Source: a virus (Duplodnaviria > Heunggongvirae > Uroviricota > Caudoviricetes). From it: 40,646 nucleotides of DNA. Made by a program: the position numbers and the translations under genes. Each line of letters begins with the position of its first letter. Positions within the stretch are counted from its first letter, which is position 1. The DNA lies in IMG/VR virus record IMGVR_UViG_2675903413_000001, positions 1 to 40,646 of that record. One strand, 5' to 3'. The notes under the pieces were generated by a model. It was not told the DNA's origin. It ran no database searches and saw only the letters and a program-made list of their open reading frames with translations. This document shows positions 17,075-28,417 of this stretch, piece after piece.

Positions 17075-17398
17075 ATGAAGATGCCAGAAAAACATGACCT
17101 GTTAGCCGCCATTCTCGCGGCAAAGGAACAAGGCATCGGAGCAATCCTTGCGTTTGCAATGGCGTACCTTCGCGGCAGATATAATGGCGGTGCGTTTACA
17201 AAAACAGTAATCGACGCAACGATGTGCGCCATTATCGCCTGGTTCATTCGTGACCTTCTCGACTTCGCCGGACTAAGTAGCAATCTCGCTTATATAACGA
17301 GCGTGTTCATCGGCTACATCGGTACTGACTCGATTGGTTCGCTTATCAAACGCTTCGCTGCTAAAAAAGCCGGAGTAGAAGATGGTGGAAATCAATAA
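17075..17398 (+). CDS. S: Holin S with dual-start motif (MKM)
   Basis: 107 aa, [34 protein letters not shown] reads as lambda S by recollection. Confidence 0.85.
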   Translation: MKMPEKHDLLAAILAAKEQGIGAILAFAMAYLRGRYNGGAFTKTVIDATMCAIIAWFIRDLLDFAGLSSNLAYITSVFIGYIGTDSIGSLIKRFAAKKAGVEDGGNQ

Positions 17399-17858
17399 TC
17401 AACGTAAGGCGTTCCTCGATATGCTGGCGTGGTCAGAGGGAACTGATAACGGACGACAGAAAACCAGAAATCATGGTTATGACGTCATTGTAGGCGGAGA
17501 GCTATTCACTGATTACTCAGATCACCCTCGCAAACTTGTCACGCTAAACCCCAAACTCAAATCAACAGCTGCAGGCCGTTACCAGCTTCTTTCCCGTTGG
17601 TGGGATGCCTATCGTAAGCAGCTTGGCCTGAAAGATTTCTCTCCGAAAAGCCAGGACGCTGTGGCATTGCAGCAGATTAAGGAGCGTGGCGCTTTACCGA
17701 TGATTGATCGCGGTGATATCCGTCAGGCAATCGACCGTTGCAGCAATATCTGGGCTTCACTTCCGGGGGCTGGTTATGGTCAGTTCGAGCATAAGGTTGA
17801 CAACCTGATTGCAAAATTCAAAGAAGCTGGCGGAACGGTCAGAGAGATTGAGGTATGA
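17382..17858 (+). CDS. R: Endolysin R (lytic transglycosylase type)
   Basis: 158 aa, matches remembered lambda R ([24 protein letters not shown]...). Confidence 0.85.
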   Translation: MVEINNQRKAFLDMLAWSEGTDNGRQKTRNHGYDVIVGGELFTDYSDHPRKLVTLNPKLKSTAAGRYQLLSRWWDAYRKQLGLKDFSPKSQDAVALQQIKERGALPMIDRGDIRQAIDRCSNIWASLPGAGYGQFEHKVDNLIAKFKEAGGTVREIEV

Positions 17859-18322
17859 GCAGAGTAACCGCGATTATCTCCGCTCTGGTTATCTGCATCA
17901 TCGTCTGTCTGTCATGGGCTGTTAATCATTACCGTGATAACGCAATCGCCTACAAAGAGCAGCGCGATAAAAAAGTCAGTGAGCTGAAGCAGGCGACCGC
18001 CACCATCTCTGACATGCAGCAGCGTCAGCGTGATGTTGCTGAGCTCGATGCAAAATACACGAAGGAGTTAGCTGATGCGAAAGCTGAAAATGATGCTCTT
18101 CGGCGCAAGCTTGATAATGGTGGTCGGGTGCTCGTCAAAGGAAAATGCTCTGTGCCATCCTCAGCCGAAACCTCCAGCGCCTCCGGCATGGGCAATGATG
18201 CCACCGTCGAACTCTCTTCAGTTGCTGGACGAAACGTTCTCGGTATCCGGGACGGAATCATCAGCGACCAAACAGCACTGAGAACGCTTCAGGAATACAT
18301 CAGGACGCAATGCCTTCGATGA
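17855..18322 (+). CDS. Rz: i-spanin Rz
   Basis: 155 aa, N-terminal TM segment, coiled coil; lambda Rz-like. Confidence 0.8.
   Translation: MSRVTAIISALVICIIVCLSWAVNHYRDNAIAYKEQRDKKVSELKQATATISDMQQRQRDVAELDAKYTKELADAKAENDALRRKLDNGGRVLVKGKCSVPSSAETSSASGMGNDATVELSSVAGRNVLGIRDGIISDQTALRTLQEYIRTQCLR
18075..18281 (+). CDS. Rz1: o-spanin Rz1 lipoprotein embedded in +1 frame of Rz
   Basis: Lipobox MVVGC, Pro-rich [11 protein letters not shown]; entirely within Rz. Confidence 0.7.
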   Translation: MRKLKMMLFGASLIMVVGCSSKENALCHPQPKPPAPPAWAMMPPSNSLQLLDETFSVSGTESSATKQH

Positions 18323-18700
18323 TAGCGATAATTTTACTCATCATCCTTCACATCTGGCTCTGTAGACAGGGTGGTGATCACTTCTGGAGTGAATCCAGAT
18401 TAAACATCTCATTGCTGATGCTTGATATTGAGCATCTGGCGCGCGGTAAGGGGCTGCGTTGAGATAAGAGCCAGTTCATTACAAAGCCTATCTACGGGTG
18501 GGCTTGATAATGAAACCGGAATTTATTCTGGGCAACCAGTTACGGCAGTACAGCGAAACAACCCAAGCCAGTAAGTGGGGAAATAACACTGGCAGCCACT
18601 GAAAGATGAACCTCCAGCCTTATGGCAAAAAAGATTCTTTGTGGTGGCGGACTGATGGAAAGACATCCTAATCAAGCAACCACTCCACAGGGTCATAATT

Positions 18701-19081
18701 ATGAACGACCAGCAAATCGAAAAAGAAATCGTTGAGAAAGGCAAAACCGCTCCGCGAGTTACCCCGCAGCACATCGAAGACGTGATTAAAAGCGAGCATT
18801 ACTTTACTGCTTATGATGGACGAAATGGTGCCATTTCCAGCAACGAATATTGTGGCAGGGAAAAACCAGAAGAAGGCGATCGTGATTTATCACCATTGAA
18901 GTTGCTCACTTTCTGCGTACTGGTGCTGAAGAATGGCTTCACCGTCACCGGAGAGAGTGCCTGTGCAAGCCCTGAAAACTTTGATGCAGAAATTGGTCGG
19001 AAGATTGCCAGGCAGAATGCTGTAAACAAAATCTGGATGCTTGAAGGTTACTTGCTGAAGCAGAAGCTAAGCGAACAGTAG
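18701..19081 (+). CDS. Hypothetical protein (126 aa) between lysis and terminase genes
   Basis: ORF track; no family recognised. Confidence 0.55.
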   Translation: MNDQQIEKEIVEKGKTAPRVTPQHIEDVIKSEHYFTAYDGRNGAISSNEYCGREKPEEGDRDLSPLKLLTFCVLVLKNGFTVTGESACASPENFDAEIGRKIARQNAVNKIWMLEGYLLKQKLSEQ

Positions 19082-19184
19082 TTATTACAAAAGCCATTCC
19101 CTACAGAGTGGCTTTGATAATGGCTTATACCCTACACGGGATAACTTAACTGATATCCCTTTTAACGGATAAACGGAGCCAACA

Positions 19185-19427
19185 ATGGCAGAGATTATTC
19201 CCATGACTGAAGAACAGAAATTCCAGTTAGAGATTTACAAACTGGTCATGAACCAGAACGCAGCCGCAGAAGAAGCATTTCAATTCATTGGCACTGACGA
19301 GCTGAAGCTTGAGCTATTCAAAATTCACTTCCAGTCAGGCGGCGCTAATTCAGATATCACGACCCGCACTATCGAAGCGGTGCGTAAATCTAAGGAAGCG
19401 TTAGACCTGTTCACTACCGGAGCATGA
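19185..19427 (+). CDS. Hypothetical protein (80 aa)
   Basis: ORF track; SD GGAG upstream. Confidence 0.5.
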   Translation: MAEIIPMTEEQKFQLEIYKLVMNQNAAAEEAFQFIGTDELKLELFKIHFQSGGANSDITTRTIEAVRKSKEALDLFTTGA

Positions 19428-19456
19428 TGCTCAACCTGAAATGACAACTAAGTGAG

Positions 19457-19885
19457 ATGAATATGGCGACTGAACCAAAAGCTGGTCGCCCCTCTGATTA
19501 TATGCCGGAGGTGGCTGACGATATCTGCTCGTTGCTTTCTTCTGGCGAAAGTTTGCTGAAAGTGTGTAAGCGTCCTGGTATGCCGGATAAGTCCACTGTT
19601 TTCCGCTGGCTAGCAAAGCATGAGGATTTTCGCGACAAGTACGCGAAGGCAACTGAGGCACGAGCTGATTCTATTTTCGAAGAGATATTCGAAATTGCTG
19701 ACAATGCGATTCCAGATGCTGCTGAAGTGGCAAAGGCAAGACTTCGCGTTGATACACGCAAATGGGCGTTGGCCCGAATGAATCCCCGTAAGTATGGCGA
19801 CAAGGTAACTAACGAGCTTGTCGGTAAGGACGGCGGCGCAATCCAGATTGAAACATCACCGATGAGCACTCTATTCGGAAAATGA
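19457..19885 (+). CDS. terS: Terminase small subunit (Sf6 gp1-like)
   Basis: 142 aa; matches remembered Sf6 small terminase; directly upstream of large subunit. Confidence 0.8.
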   Translation: MNMATEPKAGRPSDYMPEVADDICSLLSSGESLLKVCKRPGMPDKSTVFRWLAKHEDFRDKYAKATEARADSIFEEIFEIADNAIPDAAEVAKARLRVDTRKWALARMNPRKYGDKVTNELVGKDGGAIQIETSPMSTLFGK

Positions 19886-21294
19886 CCTCGATTAATCCTA
19901 TCTTTGAACCGTTCATTGAGGCGCATCGCTACAAAGTCGCCAAAGGCGGTCGAGGTAGCGGTAAGTCATGGGCAATTGCGAGGCTGCTTGTTGAAGCGGC
20001 GCGCCGGCAGCCTGTGCGTATTCTCTGCGCTCGTGAACTGCAAAACAGTATCAGCGATTCGGTAATCCGGTTGCTTGAAGACACCATAGAGCGGGAAGGG
20101 TATTCGGCTGAGTTTGAAATTCAGCGTTCCATGATTCGTCATCTCGGAACGAATGCTGAATTCATGTTCTACGGCATAAAAAACAACCCGACGAAGATTA
20201 AATCGCTCGAAGGCATTGATATCTGCTGGGTTGAAGAAGCGGAAGCGGTAACGAAGGAATCGTGGGATATCCTGATTCCAACCATCCGTAAGCCGTTCTC
20301 TGAAATATGGGTAAGTTTCAACCCGAAAAACATCCTCGACGATACCTATCAGCGATTCGTCGTAAATCCTCCCGATGATATTTGTCTGCTGACGGTGAAC
20401 TACACCGACAATCCGCACTTTCCTGAAGTTCTCCGTCTGGAGATGGAAGAGTGTAAACGCAGAAATCCGACACTGTATCGTCACATCTGGCTTGGTGAGC
20501 CAGTAAGCGCAAGTGATATGGCAATCATCAAACGTGAATGGCTTGAAGCTGCTACCGATGCGCACAAGAAACTCGGATGGAAAGCGAAAGGCGCTGTTGT
20601 CTCTGCGCATGACCCGTCAGATACAGGGCCAGATGCTAAAGGTTATGCATCGCGTCACGGTTCGGTGGTTAAGCGCATTGCCGAAGGTCTGCTGATGGAC
20701 ATCAACGAGGGTGCTGACTGGGCTACTTCGCTGGCGATTGAAGACGGCGCTGACCATTACCTGTGGGATGGTGATGGTGTTGGTGCCGGGCTACGCAGAC
20801 AGACAACGGAAGCGTTCTCCGGCAAGAAAATCACCGCTACGATGTTCAAGGGCAGCGAATCGCCATTTGATGAAGATGCACCATATCAGGCCGGAGCATG
20901 GGCTGATGAAGTCGTGCAGGGCGACAACGTTCGCACTATTGGCGATGTATTCCGCAATAAGCGAGCGCAATTCTATTACGCGCTAGCTGACAGGCTGTAT
21001 CTGACATATCGGGCGGTTGTCCACGGTGAGTATGCAGACCCCGACGACATGCTGAGTTTCGACAAAGAAGCGATAGGCGAGAAGATGCTGGAGAAGCTGT
21101 TTGCAGAACTGACGCAGATTCAGCGCAAATTCAATAATAACGGGAAGCTGGAGCTTATGACTAAGGTCGAAATGAAGCAGAAGCTCGGTATTCCATCTCC
21201 TAACCTGGCTGATGCGCTGATGATGTGTATGCATTGCCCGGCATTGGTCCGCGAAGAAACAGAAATATACGTTCCCTCATCCTCCGGTTGGTAA
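19882..21294 (+). CDS. terL: Terminase large subunit
   Basis: 470 aa; Walker A KGGRGSGKS; P22/Sf6-like TerL. Confidence 0.9.
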   Translation: MTSINPIFEPFIEAHRYKVAKGGRGSGKSWAIARLLVEAARRQPVRILCARELQNSISDSVIRLLEDTIEREGYSAEFEIQRSMIRHLGTNAEFMFYGIKNNPTKIKSLEGIDICWVEEAEAVTKESWDILIPTIRKPFSEIWVSFNPKNILDDTYQRFVVNPPDDICLLTVNYTDNPHFPEVLRLEMEECKRRNPTLYRHIWLGEPVSASDMAIIKREWLEAATDAHKKLGWKAKGAVVSAHDPSDTGPDAKGYASRHGSVVKRIAEGLLMDINEGADWATSLAIEDGADHYLWDGDGVGAGLRRQTTEAFSGKKITATMFKGSESPFDEDAPYQAGAWADEVVQGDNVRTIGDVFRNKRAQFYYALADRLYLTYRAVVHGEYADPDDMLSFDKEAIGEKMLEKLFAELTQIQRKFNNNGKLELMTKVEMKQKLGIPSPNLADALMMCMHCPALVREETEIYVPSSSGW

Positions 21295-21296
21295 AC

Positions 21297-23423
21297 ATGG
21301 CAGAGACATTAGAGAAAAAACATGAGCGGATCATGCTCAGGTTTGACCGCGCCTATTCTCCACAGAAGGAAGTGCGCGAAAAGTGCATTGAAGCTACGAG
21401 GTTTGCTCGTGTCCCCGGAGGTCAATGGGAAGGAGCAACGGCGGCTGGAACTAAGCTTGATGAGCAGTTCGAGAAGTATCCTAAGTTTGAAATCAATAAG
21501 GTAGCAACTGAACTTAACCGCATCATTGCAGAATACCGCAATAACAGAATAACCGTTAAGTTTCGTCCTGGTGACAGAGAGGCAAGCGAAGAGTTAGCCA
21601 ATAAATTAAATGGTCTGTTCCGTGCTGACTACGAAGAAACTGATGGCGGTGAGGCTTGCGATAATGCATTTGACGACGCTGCTACTGGTGGTTTCGGTTG
21701 CTTCCGTTTGACGTCGATGCTGGTCAATGAATACGACCCCATGGACGATCGTCAGCGTATTGCTATTGAACCAATATACGACCCGTCGCGCTCTGTGTGG
21801 TTTGACCCTGACGCTAAGAAGTACGACAAATCTGACGCGTTGTGGGCGTTCTGTATGTATTCGTTGTCACCTGAAAAATATGAGGCTGAATACGGAAAGA
21901 AACCTCCTACTTCTCTGGATGTAACGTCTATGACCAGTTGGGAATATAACTGGTTTGGTGCAGATGTTATTTACATAGCGAAGTATTACGAAGTTCGTAA
22001 AGAGTCTGTTGACGTCATCAGTTATCGACATCCAATCACTGGAGAGATTGCAACATACGACAGTGATCAGGTTGAAGATATTGAAGATGAACTGGCAATA
22101 GCTGGATTTCATGAAGTGGCAAGGCGCTCAGTGAAGCGCCGTCGTGTGTATGTATCCGTAGTGGATGGTGATGGTTTCCTTGAGAAACCTCGACGTATTC
22201 CTGGTGAGCATATCCCCCTCATCCCGGTTTATGGAAAACGCTGGTTCATTGATGACATTGAGCGTGTCGAAGGGCACATTGCAAAAGCAATGGATCCACA
22301 GCGTTTGTACAACCTTCAGGTTTCAATGCTGGCTGATACTGCAGCGCAAGACCCCGGTCAGATTCCTATAGTTGGCATGGAGCAAATTCGTGGACTTGAG
22401 AAGCACTGGGAGGCTCGCAACAAGAAACGCCCAGCGTTCTTGCCGTTGCGCGAAGTGAGAGATAAATCTGGCAACATTATCGCTGGAGCTACCCCGGCAG
22501 GATATACACAGCCTGCGGTTATGAATCAGGCATTGGCTGCATTACTACAGCAAACCAGTGCAGATATTCAGGAGGTTACAGGCGGCAGTCAGGCCATGCA
22601 GCAGATGCCAAGTAATATTGCTCAGGAAACGGTTAACAACTTGATGAACAGAGCAGATATGGCTTCGTTTATCTATCTGGACAATATGGCGAAAAGTCTT
22701 AAACGAGCTGGTGAAGTATGGCTGTCAATGGCTCGTGAAGTGTACGGTTCAGAGCGTGAAGTGCGCATCGTTAACGAAGATGGAAGTGATGATATCGCTG
22801 TCCTGAGCGCACAGGTTGTTGACAGGCAAACAGGGGCTGTTGTTGCGTTAAATGACCTTTCTGTCGGTCGATACGATGTGACGGTTGATGTTGGACCAAG
22901 CTACACAGCACGACGTGATGCAACGGTTTCTGTACTGACAAATGTCCTTAGCTCTATGCTTCCAACAGACCCAATGCGTCCGGCAATTCAGGGTATTATT
23001 CTGGACAATATCGATGGCGAAGGCCTTGATGACTTCAAAGAGTACAACCGAAACCAACTGCTGATATCTGGCATTGCAAAACCACGCAATGAGAAAGAGC
23101 AGCAGATTGTTCAACAGGCGCAAATGGCAGCACAAAGCCAGCCAAATCCTGAAATGGTTCTCGCTCAGGCGCAAATGGTAGCAGCGCAGGCAGAAGCGCA
23201 AAAAGCAACTAACGAAACTGCTCAAACTCAAATCAAAGCATTTACTGCCCAGCAGGATGCGATGGAGAGTCAGGCAAACACTGTCTATAAACTGGCTCAA
23301 GCCAGAAACATCGATGACAAAGCAGTGATGGAGGCAATACGCCTTCTGAAAGATGTCGCCGAGTCACAACAACAGCAATTCCAGTCACCACCACAGTCTC
23401 CGGCAGACTTAATGCCGAGTTAA
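21297..23423 (+). CDS. Portal protein
   Basis: 708 aa from ATG 21297 directly after terL stop; ORF track start 21225 would overlap terL. Confidence 0.85.
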   Translation: MAETLEKKHERIMLRFDRAYSPQKEVREKCIEATRFARVPGGQWEGATAAGTKLDEQFEKYPKFEINKVATELNRIIAEYRNNRITVKFRPGDREASEELANKLNGLFRADYEETDGGEACDNAFDDAATGGFGCFRLTSMLVNEYDPMDDRQRIAIEPIYDPSRSVWFDPDAKKYDKSDALWAFCMYSLSPEKYEAEYGKKPPTSLDVTSMTSWEYNWFGADVIYIAKYYEVRKESVDVISYRHPITGEIATYDSDQVEDIEDELAIAGFHEVARRSVKRRRVYVSVVDGDGFLEKPRRIPGEHIPLIPVYGKRWFIDDIERVEGHIAKAMDPQRLYNLQVSMLADTAAQDPGQIPIVGMEQIRGLEKHWEARNKKRPAFLPLREVRDKSGNIIAGATPAGYTQPAVMNQALAALLQQTSADIQEVTGGSQAMQQMPSNIAQETVNNLMNRADMASFIYLDNMAKSLKRAGEVWLSMAREVYGSEREVRIVNEDGSDDIAVLSAQVVDRQTGAVVALNDLSVGRYDVTVDVGPSYTARRDATVSVLTNVLSSMLPTDPMRPAIQGIILDNIDGEGLDDFKEYNRNQLLISGIAKPRNEKEQQIVQQAQMAAQSQPNPEMVLAQAQMVAAQAEAQKATNETAQTQIKAFTAQQDAMESQANTVYKLAQARNIDDKAVMEAIRLLKDVAESQQQQFQSPPQSPADLMPS

Positions 23424-23436
23424 CCAGGAGTAATCA

Positions 23437-24321
23437 ATGGAAAACGAACTGATCATCGACGGTCAGGTTATTGGCCTGTCTGAAACACAGGAAAATGCAG
23501 AAGAAACCATCATCCAAACAGAGTCACAGCCTGAGAATGAAAGCCAGGATGACAACGGTAAAGAGGTGGCAACTGAGCCTGAAAAAACCGAAGAGACACC
23601 AGAAGATTACGCCTTGCGTATTGGTGATGAAGAAATTCAGCTTAACGCTGACGATGATGATCACATTGACGGGAAACCTGCACCGCAATGGGTGAAAGAT
23701 CTTCGCAAAGGCTTCAAAGAAACACAGAAAGAAAACCGTGAGTTGCGCCGCCAGCTTGAGGAAGCATTAGCCAAGCCTGCGGAACATCAGCAACCACAAC
23801 CAGACGCTATTCCACCAAAACCGACTCTTGAGTCGTGTGATTATGACGAACAGGCGTTTGAACAGGCATTGACTGATTGGCATGAGAAAAAAGGCCGTGT
23901 CGAACAGCAGCAGCAACAAAAACTACGTCAGCAACAGGAATACCAACAGCGTTTCCAGCAAAGGGTAGAAGCGCATAAACAACGGGCAGCCAAACTTCCT
24001 GTGAAAGATTATCAGGAAATGGAGGCCATTGTTCTTAGTGAGCTACCACCAATTCAGCAGGAAATCATCATTCACTGTGCAGACGAAGGCTCTGAACTAC
24101 TCGCCTATGGCTTAGGTAAGAGCCAGCAATTACGCCAGCGTGTAGCCGCTGAGACAGATCCAATTCGCGCAGCATTCCTCTTGGGGCAGATTAGCAAACA
24201 GGTAAGCCTTGCTCCAAAACCAAAGAAAGCCATCAAGCCAGAGCCGGAAGTACGTGGTGGCGGTGCTGATGCGAAACAAGACGAATTCAACAAATTATGC
24301 CCCGGCGCAAAAATCGAATAA
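23437..24321 (+). CDS. Scaffolding protein
   Basis: 294 aa, acidic/Gln-rich, located between portal and coat genes; SD AGGAG. Confidence 0.8.
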   Translation: MENELIIDGQVIGLSETQENAEETIIQTESQPENESQDDNGKEVATEPEKTEETPEDYALRIGDEEIQLNADDDDHIDGKPAPQWVKDLRKGFKETQKENRELRRQLEEALAKPAEHQQPQPDAIPPKPTLESCDYDEQAFEQALTDWHEKKGRVEQQQQQKLRQQQEYQQRFQQRVEAHKQRAAKLPVKDYQEMEAIVLSELPPIQQEIIIHCADEGSELLAYGLGKSQQLRQRVAAETDPIRAAFLLGQISKQVSLAPKPKKAIKPEPEVRGGGADAKQDEFNKLCPGAKIE

Positions 24322-24332
24322 GGAAAAGATAA

Positions 24333-25604
24333 ATGCCTAACAATCTCGACAGTAACGTCAGTCAAATCGTTCTGAAAAAATTCCTTCCTGGTTTTATGTC
24401 AGATTTAGTTCTGGCGAAAACCGTAGACCGTCAGTTGCTGGCAGGTGAAATCAACTCCAGCACTGGCGATAGCGTTAGCTTTAAACGTCCGCATCAATTC
24501 TCATCCCTCCGTACTCCCACTGGTGATATTTCGGGGCAAAATAAAAACAACCTGATCTCAGGTAAAGCTACGGGGCGTGTAGGTAACTACATCACTGTTG
24601 CTGTTGAATATCAGCAACTGGAGGAAGCGATCAAGCTTAACCAACTGGAAGAAATTCTCGCGCCGGTTCGCCAGCGAATCGTTACCGACCTTGAAACAGA
24701 GCTTGCTCACTTCATGATGAATAACGGTGCGTTGTCACTTGGTAGCCCCAATACTCCAATCACCAAATGGTCTGATGTTGCGCAGACGGCATCTTTCCTG
24801 AAAGACCTCGGCGTTAATGAAGGTGAAAACTATGCTGTAATGGATCCATGGTCTGCACAGCGACTTGCTGATGCGCAGACTGGTTTGCACGCTTCAGATC
24901 AATTGGTTCGTACTGCATGGGAGAATGCGCAGATTCCAACCAATTTTGGCGGCATTCGCGCACTGATGTCTAATGGGCTTGCCTCTCGTACGCAGGGGGC
25001 ATTTGGCGGAACACTGACAGTCAAAACACAGCCAACTGTTACCTATAACGCAGTTAAAGACTCATACCAGTTCACTGTAACATTGACCGGAGCGACAGCC
25101 AGCGTTACAGGTTTTCTGAAAGCTGGTGATCAGGTTAAATTCACCAATACCTACTGGCTGCAACAGCAGACCAAACAGGCGTTGTATAACGGAGCCACAC
25201 CAATTAGCTTCACTGCAACGGTTACTGCTGATGCTAATTCAGACAGCAGTGGCGATGTGACGGTTACGCTTTCTGGTGTTCCGATTTATGACACTACAAA
25301 CCCGCAGTACAACTCTGTAAGTCGTCAGGTAGCGGCAGGCGATGCCGTATCTGTAGTAGGCACTGCTAGCCAGACAATGAAGCCAAACCTGTTCTATAAC
25401 AAGTTCTTCTGTGGACTTGGCTCTATCCCACTGCCGAAACTGCACAGTATTGATTCTGCTGTTGCAACATATGAAGGTTTCTCCATCCGCGTACATAAAT
25501 ACGCAGATGGCGATGCCAACGTGCAAAAAATGCGCTTTGACTTACTGCCTGCATATGTGTGCTTTAACCCTCACATGGGCGGTCAGTTCTTCGGTAATCC
25601 GTAA
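24333..25604 (+). CDS. Major capsid (coat) protein
   Basis: 423 aa, position and size as in P22/Sf6 coat. Confidence 0.85.
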   Translation: MPNNLDSNVSQIVLKKFLPGFMSDLVLAKTVDRQLLAGEINSSTGDSVSFKRPHQFSSLRTPTGDISGQNKNNLISGKATGRVGNYITVAVEYQQLEEAIKLNQLEEILAPVRQRIVTDLETELAHFMMNNGALSLGSPNTPITKWSDVAQTASFLKDLGVNEGENYAVMDPWSAQRLADAQTGLHASDQLVRTAWENAQIPTNFGGIRALMSNGLASRTQGAFGGTLTVKTQPTVTYNAVKDSYQFTVTLTGATASVTGFLKAGDQVKFTNTYWLQQQTKQALYNGATPISFTATVTADANSDSSGDVTVTLSGVPIYDTTNPQYNSVSRQVAAGDAVSVVGTASQTMKPNLFYNKFFCGLGSIPLPKLHSIDSAVATYEGFSIRVHKYADGDANVQKMRFDLLPAYVCFNPHMGGQFFGNP

Positions 25605-25646
25605 TAACAAGGGGCTTCCGCCCCTTTTATGTTTTAAGGAAACAAT

Positions 25647-25832
25647 ATGGATCGCATGAGTGTATTCCTTGCCGCAGATAACGAATCCGGACATGTACAG
25701 GCCGTTATCGCAGAAAAAGACTTCCAGTTTTTCGAAAAGTTGGGCTTTGTTGCCTCAGTTGATGAATTGAAACCGACCAGTAAGCGAGGTCGTAAGGCGG
25801 CAGACAATGGCAACAGTACTGACAAAGGGTGA
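25647..25832 (+). CDS. Hypothetical small protein (61 aa)
   Basis: ORF track; follows a hairpin after coat. Confidence 0.5.
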   Translation: MDRMSVFLAADNESGHVQAVIAEKDFQFFEKLGFVASVDELKPTSKRGRKAADNGNSTDKG

Positions 25833-26289
25833 GATCGTCCTTTTTGCGCTTCGTAAGTTTGCTATTGCTTCTAATGCATCGCTGACTGATGTTGAGCCGC
25901 AATCAATTGAAGATGGTGTAAATGATCTGGAAGATATGATGTCCGAGTGGATGATTAACCCCGGCGACATTGGTTACGCTTTCGCAACTGGAGATGAGCA
26001 GCCATTACCAGATGATGAGTCAGGTCTTCCAAGAAAATACAAACACGCAGTAGGCTATCAGTTATTGCTGAGAATGCTATCTGATTACAGCCTTGAGCCA
26101 ACTCCGCAAGTTCTCAGTAACGCCCAACGCTCATATGATGCCTTGATGACCGACACTCTGGTTGTTCCTTCAATGCGACGACGTGGAGATTTTCCTGTAG
26201 GACAGGGTAATAAATATGACGTGTTTACATCTGACCGATATTATCCAGGCGATCTCCCTATGATTGATGGCGATATCCCAAACGCATAG
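25807..26289 (+). CDS. Head completion / tail adaptor protein (P22 gp4 homologue)
   Basis: 160 aa; motif ASLTDVEPQS resembles remembered P22 gp4. Confidence 0.75.
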   Translation: MATVLTKGEIVLFALRKFAIASNASLTDVEPQSIEDGVNDLEDMMSEWMINPGDIGYAFATGDEQPLPDDESGLPRKYKHAVGYQLLLRMLSDYSLEPTPQVLSNAQRSYDALMTDTLVVPSMRRRGDFPVGQGNKYDVFTSDRYYPGDLPMIDGDIPNA

Positions 26290-26297
26290 GTGAATAA

Positions 26298-27716
26298 ATG
26301 CCGATTCAGCAACTTCCGCTTATGAAAGGTGTCGGCAAAGACTTTCGAAACGCCGACTATATCGACTATCTGCCAGTGAATATGCTGGCTACACCCAAAG
26401 AAATCCTCAACAGCAGCGGATATCTTCGCTCATTCCCGGGCATTGCCAAACGCTCTGATGTGAACGGTGTATCGCGCGGCGTCGAGTACAACATGGCGCA
26501 GAATGCTGTTTATCGCGTGTGTGGTGGCAAGCTGTACAAAGGAGAAAGCGAAGTCGGTAATGTTGCCGGAAGTGGTCGCGTATCAATGGCGCATGGTCGA
26601 ACATCACAGGCGGTAGGCGTTAATGGTCAACTGGTCGAGTATCGCTATGATGGTACGGTTAAAACCGTCTCAAACTGGCCTACAGACAGCGGATTCACTC
26701 AGTATGAGTTAGGTTCTGTTCGTGACATTACGCGCTTACGTGGGCGTTATGCGTGGTCAAAAGACGGCTCTGATTCATGGTTTATCACTGACCTTGAAGA
26801 CGAATCGCATCCTGACCGTTACAGCGCACAATATCGCGCAGAATCGCAGCCGGACGGTATCCTCGGCATCGGAACATGGCGAGACTTCATCGTCTGCTTT
26901 GGTTCATCGACTATTGAATATTTCTCCCTGACTGGCGCAACCACCGTTGGTGCTGCTTTGTATGTCGCGCAGCCATCACTGATGGTGCAAAAAGGCATCG
27001 CCGGGACTTACTGCAAAACGCCGTTTGCTGATTCCTATGCTTTCATCAGCAATCCGGCAACAGGTGCACCGTCTGTATATATCATCGGCTCCGGTCAGGT
27101 GTCACCAATCGCCAGCGCGAGCATTGAGAAAATTCTCCGCTCCTACACTGCTGATGAACTGGCTGATGGTGTGATGGAATCGCTGCGGTTTGATGCTCAT
27201 GAGTTGCTGATTATTCACCTGCCGCGCCATGTACTGGTGTACGACGCACCTTCAAGCGCCAATGGTCCGCAATGGTGTGTGCTGAAAACAGGCCTGTATG
27301 ACGATGTGTACCGCGCTATCGACTTCATTTACGAAGGCAATCAGATAACGTGCGGCGATAAACTGGAATCCGTGACCGGGAAATTGCAGTTCGATATCAG
27401 CAGCCAGTATGGGCTACAGCAAGAACACCTGTTGTTTACACCACTCTTCAAAGCTGAGAACGCCAGATGTTTTGATCTGGAAGTTGAATCATCGACTGGT
27501 GTCGCTCAGTACGCTGACCGCCTGTTCCTCTCTGCAACCACTGACGGCATAAACTGGGGAAAAGAGCAGATGATTGAGCAGAATGAACCGTTCATTTACG
27601 ACAAACGCGTTTTGTGGAAGCGTGTCGGGCGCATCAGGAAAAATGTCGGCTTCAAATTGCGCGTTATCACGAAGTCACCTGTCACTCTGTCTGGCTGCCA
27701 GATAAGGATTGAGTAA
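26298..27716 (+). CDS. Tail hub protein (P22 gp10 homologue)
   Basis: 472 aa, synteny and size. Confidence 0.75.
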   Translation: MPIQQLPLMKGVGKDFRNADYIDYLPVNMLATPKEILNSSGYLRSFPGIAKRSDVNGVSRGVEYNMAQNAVYRVCGGKLYKGESEVGNVAGSGRVSMAHGRTSQAVGVNGQLVEYRYDGTVKTVSNWPTDSGFTQYELGSVRDITRLRGRYAWSKDGSDSWFITDLEDESHPDRYSAQYRAESQPDGILGIGTWRDFIVCFGSSTIEYFSLTGATTVGAALYVAQPSLMVQKGIAGTYCKTPFADSYAFISNPATGAPSVYIIGSGQVSPIASASIEKILRSYTADELADGVMESLRFDAHELLIIHLPRHVLVYDAPSSANGPQWCVLKTGLYDDVYRAIDFIYEGNQITCGDKLESVTGKLQFDISSQYGLQQEHLLFTPLFKAENARCFDLEVESSTGVAQYADRLFLSATTDGINWGKEQMIEQNEPFIYDKRVLWKRVGRIRKNVGFKLRVITKSPVTLSGCQIRIE

Positions 27717-28417
27717 TGGCTGATTCATCACTGAATGATCCTGTCGTGGTTCAGGCTACGCGCCTTGATGCTTCAATTTTGCCACGCAATATATTCAGCC
27801 AGTCTTACCTGCTGTATGTCATAAATCAGGGAGCTGATGTCGGTGCAATTGCTGGGAAGGCAAATCAGGCTGGTCAGGGCGCTTACGATGCCCAGGTAAA
27901 AAACGATGAACAGGACGTCGAACTGGCAGATCACGATGCAAGAATCACCGCAAACACAAAAGCGATAAATCTACTTGAGGTCAGGTTAACAACTGCCGAA
28001 GGGAAGATAGTCGTACTGCGTAGCGATGTTGATTACTTGCTGGATGAGGTTATCGATATTCAGGCGCATCTGGTCACTGTTGACCAAAGACTGGATAACG
28101 TAGAAAACGATGTCTCTGGCATTAAGAGTGATTACGTATCGAAAACCGTAACCGAATCGCAGTCTCTTGCGTCACCGCTGGATGTAAAAACATCATATTC
28201 AGTTGATGGAATTCAGGTCGTTGGAGCAAGGCAGACCGGATGGACTGCAGCCACAGGTACACCTCTTCTTGGCTCATTCAACGCTAACCAGTCATACACG
28301 GTCGGCACTACGTACACACAATCCGAAGTCGCGGCTCTCGCTACAGGTTTGCAGCAGGCTCGGCAGCGTATTCTGGCGCTTGAAACGGCACTTAGATTAC
28401 ATGGGCTGATTGACTGA
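27716..28417 (+). CDS. Tail needle (P22 gp26 homologue)
   Basis: 233 aa; N-terminus [25 protein letters not shown] and heptad repeats match remembered P22 gp26. Confidence 0.8.
   Translation: MADSSLNDPVVVQATRLDASILPRNIFSQSYLLYVINQGADVGAIAGKANQAGQGAYDAQVKNDEQDVELADHDARITANTKAINLLEVRLTTAEGKIVVLRSDVDYLLDEVIDIQAHLVTVDQRLDNVENDVSGIKSDYVSKTVTESQSLASPLDVKTSYSVDGIQVVGARQTGWTAATGTPLLGSFNANQSYTVGTTYTQSEVAALATGLQQARQRILALETALRLHGLID

Noticed and set aside
16644-17283. Minus-strand ORFs 16644..16850 and 17059..17283
   Set aside because: They lie antisense in the late leader and holin region, with no SD and Pro/Arg-rich improbable translations.
21225-21296. Upstream extension of the portal ORF to 21225
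   Set aside because: It would overlap the end of terL by 70 bp; ATG 21297 directly after the terL stop gives a 708-aa portal consistent with P22-like portals.
19498-23300. Antisense or alternative-frame ORFs inside the terminase and portal genes (19498..19926, 19966..20610, 20318..20524, 20983..21234, 22848..23300 and others)
   Set aside because: Embedded in confidently assigned structural genes.
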